This document shows, one piece after another, positions 46,016 to 55,154 of a DNA stretch of 64,000 nt; the first letter of the stretch is position 1; each line of letters begins with the position of its first letter. The stretch is taken from the NCBI GenBank assembly GCA_964621305.1, contig CAZUOM010000001.1:74390-138389 (forward strand). Direction: 5' to 3'. Both the position numbers and the translations under genes were made by a program. The notes under the pieces were generated by a model, which had not been told where the DNA came from, searched no databases, and saw only the letters and a list, made by a program, of their open reading frames with translations. The DNA comes from an uncultured Gammaproteobacteria bacterium (GTDB lineage: Bacteria > Patescibacteriota > Microgenomatia > UBA10105 > UBA927).

Positions 46016-47785
46016 ATGTGCGGAATATTCGCTATTGTTAATGACTCCACTCACCACGCCGCGCAAACGACGCTCGAAGGGCTTAAACGACTCGAATACC
46101 GGGGATACGACAGTTGGGGTATTGCGGTTGTCACCAAAAAAGACGGCTCTGTAGCAGTGGAAAAGCATGTGGGGAAAATCGGCGACGCGATGACGACGCT
46201 TCCTGCCGGTAATATTGCTATCGGCCACACGCGGTGGGCTACACACGGTGGTGTAACCGATGAGAATGCGCACCCCCATTTGGATTGCACGGGGCGCCTG
46301 GTCGTCATACACAACGGAATCGTCGAAAACTATCAGGAGCTCAAGGGCGAACTTCTCAAAAAAAAGCATCGCTTCCGATCGGAAACAGACACAGAGGTTG
46401 TTGCCCACCTTATCGAAGATCGTATCAAACGGGAACCCGTTGGTCGTGCGGTTTTGAATGTTTTTAAATTGCTCGTCGGATCCAACGCCATCGGCGTTTT
46501 AGACGCTAAAACCGGCACCATTGTCGCTTGCAGGAACGGCTCGCCGTTGGTAGCCGGATTTGGTAAAGAACAATATTTTTTAGCATCCGACGTGACGCCA
46601 TTTCTCAAGTTCACCCAAAAAGTCCAGTTTCTGGCTGATGGACAGGCCGTCGTCATGACCCGTGACGGGCTTACGCTTTTGGACATCAAGACCGGAAAAG
46701 AAAAAAAACTCGCCTTGCAACACTTGGATTGGAAGCTGGAGGATGCACAAAAAGGCGGCTACCCACACTTTATGCTCAAAGAGATCATGGAACAGGTAAA
46801 AACCGTGCCAAAAACAGCGCTCATCAACCGCAACGAAATGGAAAAAATTGCCTCCCGCATCCGAAAAAATTCCCGCGTCGTCTTGATCGCCTGCGGCACG
46901 GCATCCTATTGTGCACTTGCTTCAACCTATTTTTTCTCGCAGGTTGGAATCGAATCAAAATCGTACGGCGCATACGAGTACATGCCATTCACACAGTTTG
47001 TTGATAGTGAAACGATCGTCTTTGCCATTTCCCAAAGCGGAGAAACAGCTGATACGCTCATTGCCGCCCGCGCCGCAAAAGCAAAAGGGGCGTTTCTTGT
47101 GGCTGTTGTTAATGCGCGCGGCTCAACTCTCGAGCGGATGGCAGACACGGTGCTGCCGGTTGGTGCCGGACCGGAGATTGCCGTCGTTTCCACCAAAGCA
47201 TTTACCTCGCAGCTTTCTACCATGTATTTGGTCAGCCGGATGTGCGCCGGCAGATACACGCAAGCCGTCAAAGAGGTGAGTACGTTGGGCAAGGCGCTCG
47301 AGAACTGGCAGATGAAAAAATTGCAGCGTAAAGCTGTCGCGCTTGCCAAACAACTCATCGATGAGAAAGACATGTATATTATAGGAAAGCATCTTTCCTA
47401 TCCGGCAGGACTTGAGTTCGCGCTTAAAATAAAGGAGACAAGCTATATCCACTCCGAACCGTTTGCTTCAGGAGAGCTAAAACACGGGGTCATCACTCTC
47501 ATCCAAAAAGGGACGCCGTGTTTTTCAATAGGAGCTAACGATGAAACGAAAATGGAACTGTTATCTAGTGCGGCTGAACTTGCTGCACGCGGCGGAAAAA
47601 TAATCGGAATTGCTCCGTTTTCGTCACCTGAATTTGACGTACACATCAAGACACCAGACGTAGGACCGTTAACCATTATTCCCAACGTCATCGTCGGCCA
47701 GCTATTGGGCTACTATCTAGGCATCGGTCGCGGCACCGACCCAGACAAGCCGCGCAATCTTGCCAAAAGCGTTACGGTGAAATAG
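46016..47785 (+). CDS. glmS: Glutamine--fructose-6-phosphate transaminase
   Basis: MCGI, LEYRGYDS, GHTRWATHG, SQSGETAD, PRNLAKSVTV. Confidence 0.98.
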   Translation: MCGIFAIVNDSTHHAAQTTLEGLKRLEYRGYDSWGIAVVTKKDGSVAVEKHVGKIGDAMTTLPAGNIAIGHTRWATHGGVTDENAHPHLDCTGRLVVIHNGIVENYQELKGELLKKKHRFRSETDTEVVAHLIEDRIKREPVGRAVLNVFKLLVGSNAIGVLDAKTGTIVACRNGSPLVAGFGKEQYFLASDVTPFLKFTQKVQFLADGQAVVMTRDGLTLLDIKTGKEKKLALQHLDWKLEDAQKGGYPHFMLKEIMEQVKTVPKTALINRNEMEKIASRIRKNSRVVLIACGTASYCALASTYFFSQVGIESKSYGAYEYMPFTQFVDSETIVFAISQSGETADTLIAARAAKAKGAFLVAVVNARGSTLERMADTVLPVGAGPEIAVVSTKAFTSQLSTMYLVSRMCAGRYTQAVKEVSTLGKALENWQMKKLQRKAVALAKQLIDEKDMYIIGKHLSYPAGLEFALKIKETSYIHSEPFASGELKHGVITLIQKGTPCFSIGANDETKMELLSSAAELAARGGKIIGIAPFSSPEFDVHIKTPDVGPLTIIPNVIVGQLLGYYLGIGRGTDPDKPRNLAKSVTVK

Positions 47786-47794
47786 ATAAAAATT

Positions 47795-47825
47795 AGGTGC
47801 CAAGCTAATTCACCTGCCAGGTGGA
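47795..47825 (+). repeat. Solo copy of the RAYT-flanking repeat, between convergent genes
   Basis: AGGTGCCAAGCTAATTCACCTGCCAGGTGGA, 28/31 identical to 35417-35447. Confidence 0.85.
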
Positions 47826-47834
47826 CAACCACAA

Positions 47835-49367
47835 TCACAAGGATTTATTCGCCGCGGGATCTTGGGAGAATTCAAGCGGCCTTCCGCTTTTGATTGCGTA
47901 TTCTGCCCGCTGGAGCTCGGTTCCAATGTAGATAAGGTGCGACGGGTCGATAATGAAGTCACCGATGTTGACCATTTGGATATATACCTCCATCGCTGTT
48001 TTTCCGCGCCACTCCTTAAGAAGCAATCCGCCTCCGGGCGCGTAAAGTTTGGCAACGATCTCGTAGGATGTAGCTCGTTGGGGTAGTCTGGCATATTTGA
48101 TGGGTCGGCCGACACGGGGTACATTCACCTCTTCAATCTCAATCACGACGTTTCCGCGCGGGTCTTCGACAAACATCTGCCGACTGGTAAACCCTAATTC
48201 CTTTTCGTAATTATCTTTAAGAATCTTTTCCACTAATTCGTAATCGTCGCTATAGATATGCGCGCTGTGGGTCACCATCACAAAGCCTCCCAATGGATAG
48301 CCGGTTTCATCGGCGATAAATTTTTGCAGTTTGCGAAGGCTAAAAACATTTCTGGGCCATCCGTGAACCATGTCCTGACTGCGGAAATGGGTCGTCATAA
48401 AGAGCTTGTTGTCTTGGATAGAACAAAGCACTTGCGTCAGGCAGGGCGTATCGCCACGATTTGCCTCTGCCCAATCTTCTTTTACGCGGGCGGTGAATGC
48501 TGCCATTTTCTTGGAAAAAGGCCTAGCTTTTATAAGATTTATAATATTTATAATCTGGTCAACTCCGTCGTGATTTCTTAACCGCTGGCCATACGTATAG
48601 GCAATACCGGGAATTTGTTTTGCGGAAAGCACTTGTGGGTAGTATTGCAAAAGTTCGTTTTTACTGAAAGGAAAATAGTGCGGCAGGTATGGTTCTTCAG
48701 GATTTTCGTTATAGACGACGGCCATGACATTTAGTAATTCTTTGAGCTCGTTTTCCTGGGTGTAGCGAGTCTTCTTAATTCTGCCATAGCGCATAACATT
48801 GTTAAGGATCTTGAGCCACGTCTGTGCCGTAGTTTCTCCTGCAATGCGAAATCCAATTTGCTCGCTCGGGTACGTAAATGGTTTGGGGCGGGATATTGGA
48901 AAAATTTTCGGTTCAGAAAATTTTCCCATTGTTTTATTGTTAAATTGTTGTATTGTTGAACGCAGCTCGTCCGGAGATTTACCACGTAGATTGATAACCT
49001 CCACGTTATTGCGGAATTGATCAATCGCCTCTTTCCCAATTTCTTTTTCAACCTGCCCTTTTTTCTCATCGCCGATAATAAAGAAATCTTTATCAACTCC
49101 ATATTGCATAAGCGCTAGTAATGCTTGACCGCTACGCGATAGATCAGCGCCCCATAAAATAATTTTACGGATCACCGGATTTGCGTAGATATTTCTTATC
49201 ATCGCCGAAATTCCGGCCGAGGAATATAGATTACCAATCGCGCAGTAGTTTATTCCGTCAAGGAGTTTAGCGACCACCTGCCGCTCTGTCCACATCACCG
49301 AAACACCAACGGAGTTAGTGGGATCTTTGACCTGAAGAACATTTTTGTAAAGCAAAGGCCAGTCCAT
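47835..49367 (-). CDS. Thymidylate synthase-like protein fused to an N-terminal MtrA-like and a C-terminal DUF4346-like domain
   Basis: YTYGQRL, TPCLTQV, FRSQD...WPRN, HSAHIY; N-term IGNLYS..GI..IRNIYANP; C-term DPRGN...HLIYIGTELQRAE...QD. Confidence 0.82.
   Translation of the reverse strand: MDWPLLYKNVLQVKDPTNSVGVSVMWTERQVVAKLLDGINYCAIGNLYSSAGISAMIRNIYANPVIRKIILWGADLSRSGQALLALMQYGVDKDFFIIGDEKKGQVEKEIGKEAIDQFRNNVEVINLRGKSPDELRSTIQQFNNKTMGKFSEPKIFPISRPKPFTYPSEQIGFRIAGETTAQTWLKILNNVMRYGRIKKTRYTQENELKELLNVMAVVYNENPEEPYLPHYFPFSKNELLQYYPQVLSAKQIPGIAYTYGQRLRNHDGVDQIINIINLIKARPFSKKMAAFTARVKEDWAEANRGDTPCLTQVLCSIQDNKLFMTTHFRSQDMVHGWPRNVFSLRKLQKFIADETGYPLGGFVMVTHSAHIYSDDYELVEKILKDNYEKELGFTSRQMFVEDPRGNVVIEIEEVNVPRVGRPIKYARLPQRATSYEIVAKLYAPGGGLLLKEWRGKTAMEVYIQMVNIGDFIIDPSHLIYIGTELQRAEYAIKSGRPLEFSQDPAANKSL
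48928..48959. repeat. Octamer array ATTGTTNN x4 in the domain linker (TIQQFNNKTM)
   Basis: attgtttt attgttaa attgttgt attgttga. Confidence 0.8.
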
Positions 49368-49936
49368 TACCTCTCTTCTCCAATCTTACTGGGCAGGGGT
49401 GTTTGTTGGCCGATGTATTTGGCCGATTTCTTCTTATTATATGGCACGTCAACGGGTGAACTAAGCTCTTCAAATGTGAGTGCGCATACGCGCATGCCGG
49501 AGTAAAGCGCTACGGGCATCCGGCCGAGGTTGCCAAGTTCCATAACAACCACACCACTCCAACCCGGCTCAAAGATAGAGGCTGTTGAGTGAACAACAAT
49601 GCCAAGTCTGCCTAAGCTGGACCGGCCTTCTAAACGCGCAAGTAAGTTGTCGGGTAGTCTAAATGACTCCATCGTCGTCGCAAGCACAAAATCACCCGGC
49701 TGTAAAATAAACTGCTCCCCTTTTTTCACTTTCACTTCTTTCATCATGTCTTTGACCGGTTTTGGGTTATTGGGGTCAATGTAGGCAAAGCTGCTGTGGT
49801 TAAACACGCGGAAGCTGTCGCCGAGCCGCAGGTCTACAGAACAGGAACCGAGCTGAATCTTAAAATCCGGTTTGGGTCTAATCTTAATTCGCCCTTCAGA
49901 AAGTGCCTTCTTAATATCCCGATCAGAAAGAATCAT
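49367..49936 (-). CDS. dcd: dCTP deaminase
   Basis: MILSDRDI, SVDLRLG, EGRSSLGRLG, HSTA..PGW.G..EL.N. Confidence 0.95.
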   Translation of the reverse strand: MILSDRDIKKALSEGRIKIRPKPDFKIQLGSCSVDLRLGDSFRVFNHSSFAYIDPNNPKPVKDMMKEVKVKKGEQFILQPGDFVLATTMESFRLPDNLLARLEGRSSLGRLGIVVHSTASIFEPGWSGVVVMELGNLGRMPVALYSGMRVCALTFEELSSPVDVPYNKKKSAKYIGQQTPLPSKIGEER

Positions 49937-50022
49937 GGAGAGAGTATACGAAAATCGCCGGTCGCAAACAAGAAAGACTTATGGTTTGCAATTCTAGAGG
50001 TATTTTTCTAAAATGTAGCAGT

Positions 50023-50379
50023 ATGGGAATGACTTCTGTTCCGCTTAAAATAAAAAATCCTGCTCACCCTTCAAAGGTCTTTGAAGGCAAGTTTTTGGTG
50101 GACTCTGGAGCAACTTTTACCGTAGCCCCCAGCCAAGCCCTAAAAAAACTCGGAATTAAACCTAAGCGAGAGGTAAATTTAGAACTGGCTGACGGCACAT
50201 GGGTCAAAAGAAAAATAGGAGACGCTCTATACGGTTTCGGCGGACTCGAGGCAGCCGCTCCCGTACTATTTGGCGAAAAGGGCGACAGCCTTTTACTCGG
50301 AACATTTACCATAGAAGCACTAGGGTTAGTCCTTGACCCTCTTAAAAGAGAACTTCGTCAGGCACTACTTAGGCTTTAA
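50023..50379 (+). CDS. Clan AA (retropepsin-like) aspartyl protease
   Basis: FLVDSGA, LADG, LLG..IEALGL.LDP. Confidence 0.88.
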   Translation: MGMTSVPLKIKNPAHPSKVFEGKFLVDSGATFTVAPSQALKKLGIKPKREVNLELADGTWVKRKIGDALYGFGGLEAAAPVLFGEKGDSLLLGTFTIEALGLVLDPLKRELRQALLRL

Positions 50380-51553
50380 CGCTTTTGTTAAGTAAAAATC
50401 CAATAGTTAGCGGCAAGACTGGCAGCACCAGCAGCCACAGGCGGGCAATGGTGATTTCATCGCCAAGTTGCAAGAGGAAAAACAAGATGACGTAACTGAT
50501 GGTTCGCATCGTGCAAAAAAGAACCGGCTGCTCCAGAATCATGTGATACTTGTTCTGCCACTTGCCCGCTGCTGCATCTACAGCATTGAAATACTCCGCG
50601 GACATGGCAGTAAATAAAAACGAGCCGGTAACGCTTGACAGGATGAGAAACACCCAGACGCCAGTGAGATTTTGAAACAGCCCAAACGAACCGATTGCCA
50701 GTGCCGTTCCTCCGGCTCCAATCCAAAACGCGCGGGAGAATTTTTTAAGAATCCGGATAGAAATAAGACTCCCGGCAGTTGATATGAGTGCCGCAACCGT
50801 GAGTAGAAACCCGAGCATCGACTCTTTGCCGACGACAATATATAACAATATCCCCGTCACAGTTACGAGCGCAACGTCATATAGTCCGAATATGCTCTGC
50901 CACGTCAGAACGAGCTTCCACCGGCGGCTCCGTTTGTGCTCGAGGAGATGTTTGTAGGAAAACCGGGGAATTTCGTGCGACGGCAATTTGCCGATGACAA
51001 TAAGAGCAATAATCATGATGCAACAGGCCAACAAAAAAAGTGTTATGTATCCAGTCTTAACGGAAAGCGCCAAACTTGCCACAAACGAGATGAGCCACCC
51101 GCCTACGACCGGACCCAAGGCGCTGGCAAAATTCACAAGCGCCCCGCTCCAGCCGAAGTAGTCCACCCGCCGGCCGGAGTGGGTAAGTATGTACTGGTTA
51201 AGATTAAACGCCGACCAGTAGATGCCTCCAGAAAATCCACTGATAATACCTAGCGGCAAAATATAGGCTAAACTTCGCTCGCCAAGATAAAACAGCAAGA
51301 AGTAGAAAATTGCGGCGACGAGGAAACTAAGTTTCATAAGAGTCCCCGAGGAAATTTTTCTCAACGTTCAACCGGACAGCGCGTAGAAAAAAGTAAAAAG
51401 TCCCATGTTGATGATGTTATAGAGAATCGTCGTTTTAAGGTCGCTGTTAGCGTAGAAAAAGACCGTGACAAAAACGCCCACCAGCGAGAAGGAAAGAAAG
51501 TTAAAAAACTGAATAATGAGGAGCTTGCGCTCCTCGCCGGATAAATTCCGCAT
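50369..51553 (-). pseudogene. MFS transporter interrupted by an in-frame TGA
   Basis: MRNLSGEE...FYALSG*TLRKISS continues in the same frame; TGA at 51368-51370. Confidence 0.78.
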
Positions 51554-51594
51554 ACCTTTGTATTGTAGGCTATTGGGGCGGCCTGAGGATAGAG

Positions 51595-52308
51595 TTACTT
51601 TTTGACTAAATACGAACTGCGCGTTTTGGGCTTGAAGCGCTCGGTAGCGTAACGCAGGGTCGTGCGCGGCATACGGGAGGCATATTTGGCGAGAAACGCC
51701 TCCAGAACTTTTTCGTCGCGCTTGCCTACTTCCCGCAGCATCCAACCGACGGCTTTGTGCATGAGCTCATGCTTGTCGTTGAACAAAAGTTCGGTCATGG
51801 CAAACGCATCTGCAAAATCGTTTCTTTTGATGAATGCATAGGTTGCCAACATAGCAATCCGCCGCTCCCAGACGATTTTTGATTTTGCCAACTTATATAA
51901 AAGTTTTTTCTCTTTCGGATGGCCAAGGAGATAGCCCCCGACAATGACAGGCGCAGATCCGTCAACAAGGTCCCAGTTGTTAACGTATTTGGTATTGCGA
52001 AGATAGAGCTTGTAAATCCTTTGCCGATCCTCGTCGGCCGCTTTGACAAACTTGAGTGCCAAAATTATGAGAGCCGTCTGGCGGTGTTCATGTATCTTGC
52101 TGTGCAATGATTCTTCGAGGTCCTCAAGCGCAAGATGGGTAAACTTCTTGGCAATCCTGCGCTCGTCCGGCACAATGACGCCAAGAAACACATCTCCCTC
52201 TCCATACTCGCCTTTGCCGGTTTTGAAATATCTGCCTAGAAATGCCGCTTTCTGCGGATTGGCATGCGAGTCAAGTTCGCTGATAAAATCGCCGGTAGTC
52301 AAAGCCAT
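51595..52308 (-). CDS. DNA alkylation repair protein (AlkD-like)
   Basis: FKTGKGEYGEGD.FLG, NNWDLVD, WERR, HKAVGWMLRE, RTTLRYA.E. Confidence 0.92.
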   Translation of the reverse strand: MALTTGDFISELDSHANPQKAAFLGRYFKTGKGEYGEGDVFLGVIVPDERRIAKKFTHLALEDLEESLHSKIHEHRQTALIILALKFVKAADEDRQRIYKLYLRNTKYVNNWDLVDGSAPVIVGGYLLGHPKEKKLLYKLAKSKIVWERRIAMLATYAFIKRNDFADAFAMTELLFNDKHELMHKAVGWMLREVGKRDEKVLEAFLAKYASRMPRTTLRYATERFKPKTRSSYLVKK

Positions 52309-52337
52309 ATGCCTTCACACCCTATTGTACATCTCTT

Positions 52338-52363
52338 TTAACCACTTGACTTAACCACTTGAC
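52338..52363. repeat. 13-bp tandem duplication containing -35 boxes
   Basis: TTAACCACTTGAC x2. Confidence 0.75.
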
Positions 52364-52374
52364 GAAATTATCGA

Positions 52375-52414
52375 ACCCGCACAAAATAATGCCATGGCAT
52401 CCCAATTTGCGGGT
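52375..52414. repeat. Palindromic repeat upstream of the PaaX/Cas2-like gene
   Basis: ACCCGCA-N7-ATGCCATGGCAT-N7-TGCGGGT. Confidence 0.85.
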
Positions 52415-52440
52415 CCCTTTTTACTCGTGGGGTTTAACAT

Positions 52441-53154
52441 ATGAAACGGCGGAAATTACTCAAAAACCTTATACCAAAAAGGTCACGAAAGTCACGACAA
52501 GAGTTTACGGGCACTATCCCCTCTGACGAGAAAATTGCCCAACTGGCGCAGATACTCAAAAAACAGATCCAGGGCGAAAAACTTCATAACAGATATGCGA
52601 CGGTACGAAAAATCCTGACTTTATTGGGAGTTGGTACCGTCCTTTCTCTCGCCTTGATTTCGCCAACTGCGATCGTGCTTGCAAAACCGTTTTTGGATGA
52701 AAAACGTCGTCAAGATAGAGAAACGTGGAAACAATTCAACTCACGTTACCTCCGATCAACCATAAAAAGACTTCGTAAGAAAAAACTCGTTACAATCGAG
52801 GAGCGCGACGGCGAAAAGATCGTCATCCTTGCCAAATATGGAAAACAGAGAATTGTCAAATATTCCCTTGACAACCTGACTATTGACAAACCAAAAGTTT
52901 GGGACAGTCGGTGGCGGCTCGTCATTTACGACGTCCCAAAACAAAAGCGGCACCTTCGCGATCTGTTTCGCGAGACGCTCAAAAGTCTGGGCTTTTATCA
53001 GCTGCAGGAAAGCGTCTGGCTCTACCCGTATCCCTGCGAACCGCAGATTACGTTTCTGCGTGAGTATTACGGAGTCGGCAATGAAGTGGTCTACGTCGTT
53101 GCAACTACTTTGGAAGATGATGCACCATACAGAACGTATTTTGGCCTATCATAA
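52441..53154 (+). CDS. PaaX-like protein (wHTH-like + Cas2-like ferredoxin-fold domain)
   Basis: LRSTIKRLRKKKLV..L.KYG; WDSRWRLVIYDVP..R..RDLFRETLKSLGFYQLQESVW..PYPC. Confidence 0.85.
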   Translation: MKRRKLLKNLIPKRSRKSRQEFTGTIPSDEKIAQLAQILKKQIQGEKLHNRYATVRKILTLLGVGTVLSLALISPTAIVLAKPFLDEKRRQDRETWKQFNSRYLRSTIKRLRKKKLVTIEERDGEKIVILAKYGKQRIVKYSLDNLTIDKPKVWDSRWRLVIYDVPKQKRHLRDLFRETLKSLGFYQLQESVWLYPYPCEPQITFLREYYGVGNEVVYVVATTLEDDAPYRTYFGLS

Positions 53155-53172
53155 AGGTAAGATTCAGTAACG

Positions 53173-53206
53173 CCGCAAAAACTAATGCCATGGCATTCCT
53201 TTTTGC
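53173..53206. repeat. Palindromic repeat downstream of the PaaX/Cas2-like gene
   Basis: GCAAAAA-CT-AATGCCATGGCATT-CC-TTTTTGC; 29/34 identical to the upstream copy. Confidence 0.85.
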
Positions 53207-53267
53207 ACCCCCTTTCGCGCTCATCTTTGTTTCTTCACGTCTCGGTGGTACAACACATCACTCATTC

Positions 53268-53700
53268 TTAGCTTGAAAGCATAGTGTTCAAGGAGATCGT
53301 GGAAATTTTATTGAGTTCTCCGCGATAATCAGCAGACTGTGATGAATAAAACTTTTTCATGATTTCGGGCGCAACGCCTTTCATTTTTTCTACTAAGCGT
53401 TTTTTGATGTATGGGGATAAGTTGATGTGTTCAACAAAGAGCTCCTCAACTCCAACATCTTTCAGTGCATCAAAGATATCTTTAAGTTAGTCAGGCGTTG
53501 CGGCAAAGTGTGGAAGCAAGAGACCGACGAAGGCGTAGGTTTTGAGACCTGCGTGACTTGTTTAGCATACCAACCGTCCCCTGCAGCCTGGGAGATTGAT
53601 TTTTGCAAACACATAATTTCCCCAATCTGCTACGGTCTTGCCTACCATTCTTCCCATGAAACTCGCATAGCAGTAACTGCATCCGAAGACAGGACAAGGC
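53268..53700 (-). pseudogene. Decayed radical SAM gene (spore-photoproduct-lyase-like family)
   Basis: [13 protein letters not shown]...[12 protein letters not shown] in one frame; GLKTYAFVGLLLP..*..LFVEHINLSPYIKKRL in another; the middle is missing. Confidence 0.7.
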
Positions 53701-53768
53701 TTATTGAGTTCTATGTTTTTCTTTACCGGATAAACTCTGCTATACTTCTCTCGTGTGAAAGAGAAACT

Positions 53769-55154
53769 ATGAACCAACACCTTCGGACTTCCATAGTTAT
53801 TGGTGCTGCTCTATTTCTATTACTTTTTGCTCCCACCGCCTCCGTTGACGCCGCAATGTCCTACGGATCCGGCATCTACACCAACCTTTGCGGCACGGCG
53901 ACATCGGCAACAGCCAATACCTGCAACAAAGGATGCAATACATCAACTGGCGCGTGTAGCGCTTCCTATGTTGTCAAGTGGACGTGCGATGGTAAAACAA
54001 CGGACTGCCGCAGCAACGAAACGTCGTTTGCCTCTTCACAATCACTGGGCAGCCCTGGTTGTGGTAAAACAGTGCAGATAGACGTGTTCAACAAGAACTG
54101 CCGCGCGGGCGGCGGATGGACTTGTTCGGACGCTGACTTGCAAGATTATATAGTCTGGTATTCCGGCGACTGCGGCGGGCAAATACCAGCCTGTGACTCC
54201 AACGCAGTATCCATGGCCGTAAACCCGCAACCGGCGCCGCTTGGCTCCAACGTATCGTTTTCTGTAAGCGGTTCGCAAGGATCAACCTGGATTGCAGACT
54301 CCTGGTCCGGCGGGGTATCCTGTACGGGACCATTTTGGGGAACAAAATCTTGCAATGCGATTGCCTCGGGAACCTATACCTGGACTCACAACTGGAAAAA
54401 TTGTTCTGTTTCGACGGACAATTGCGGAGGAGTTTGTACGAAACAAATAAATTACCAAATTCAATCCGGTCCAACACCAACCCCGACAGCAACCTGTGAT
54501 GGATTCAGTGTTGTTTCCGGCAATAATGCACTCGTGCCCGCCACCGTGGTGCTTCGCGCGCGCGCTACCAACGCTACCCGGTACCGATTCTACTTTGGAG
54601 ACGGCAAACAAGAAGAGTCAACATCCAACGAGATAACTCATCGATATGAAAATTCCGGGACGTTCACCGCGCGCGTCGATATCAAAGACCCGCAGGACAA
54701 TTGGCGGACGAGTTCTTCCTGCGAAGCGACACTAACCGTCAAATCACTACCGATCGAATCGCAAAAATCAGATTGTTCAGATCTGTTTATTCTTGAAGGA
54801 GACAACAAAGAAGCGCCATCTACCGTAAAAGCATCAGTTACTGGTTATGACAACAAGGGTAATATTAAAAAATACCAGGTCAACTTCGGCAACGGCATCA
54901 TTCAGGAATCTGAATCTTCTACGTTCTCCTACACATACGCCAATCCGGGTACATACACGATAAGCGGCTATATCCGCGACTCGAGGGACAACTGGAAAGG
55001 CGGTGCCGGAAGCTGCCAAAAAACGATATCTATTAAAACAAAAGCAATCGTATCCCAGCCCAAAACCGGCCCGTCCACAATCTTTACCGTTATCGGACTA
55101 GGAGCAGGACTTGCGGCGTTATGCCTAAATTTACTTCGCCGGCGATTGTCATAG
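53769..55154 (+). CDS. Cys-rich surface protein with two PKD-like domains and a C-terminal sortase-type signal (QPKTG)
   Basis: Signal peptide; FYFGDG...HRYENSGTF and NFGNG...YTYANPGTY; QPKTG + hydrophobic stretch + RRR. Confidence 0.85.
   Translation: MNQHLRTSIVIGAALFLLLFAPTASVDAAMSYGSGIYTNLCGTATSATANTCNKGCNTSTGACSASYVVKWTCDGKTTDCRSNETSFASSQSLGSPGCGKTVQIDVFNKNCRAGGGWTCSDADLQDYIVWYSGDCGGQIPACDSNAVSMAVNPQPAPLGSNVSFSVSGSQGSTWIADSWSGGVSCTGPFWGTKSCNAIASGTYTWTHNWKNCSVSTDNCGGVCTKQINYQIQSGPTPTPTATCDGFSVVSGNNALVPATVVLRARATNATRYRFYFGDGKQEESTSNEITHRYENSGTFTARVDIKDPQDNWRTSSSCEATLTVKSLPIESQKSDCSDLFILEGDNKEAPSTVKASVTGYDNKGNIKKYQVNFGNGIIQESESSTFSYTYANPGTYTISGYIRDSRDNWKGGAGSCQKTISIKTKAIVSQPKTGPSTIFTVIGLGAGLAALCLNLLRRRLS

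Noticed and set aside
51368-51370. Alternative genetic code (TGA = Gly/Trp)
   Set aside because: Many intact genes terminate in TGA, and only isolated in-frame TGAs are seen.
52375-53206. CRISPR-Cas locus
   Set aside because: Only two repeat copies ~800 bp apart with a gene between them; no spacer-sized intervals, cas1 or effector genes.
53427-53768. N-terminal extension of the PKD protein
   Set aside because: The region is antisense to the radical SAM relic; the signal peptide begins at ATG 53769.
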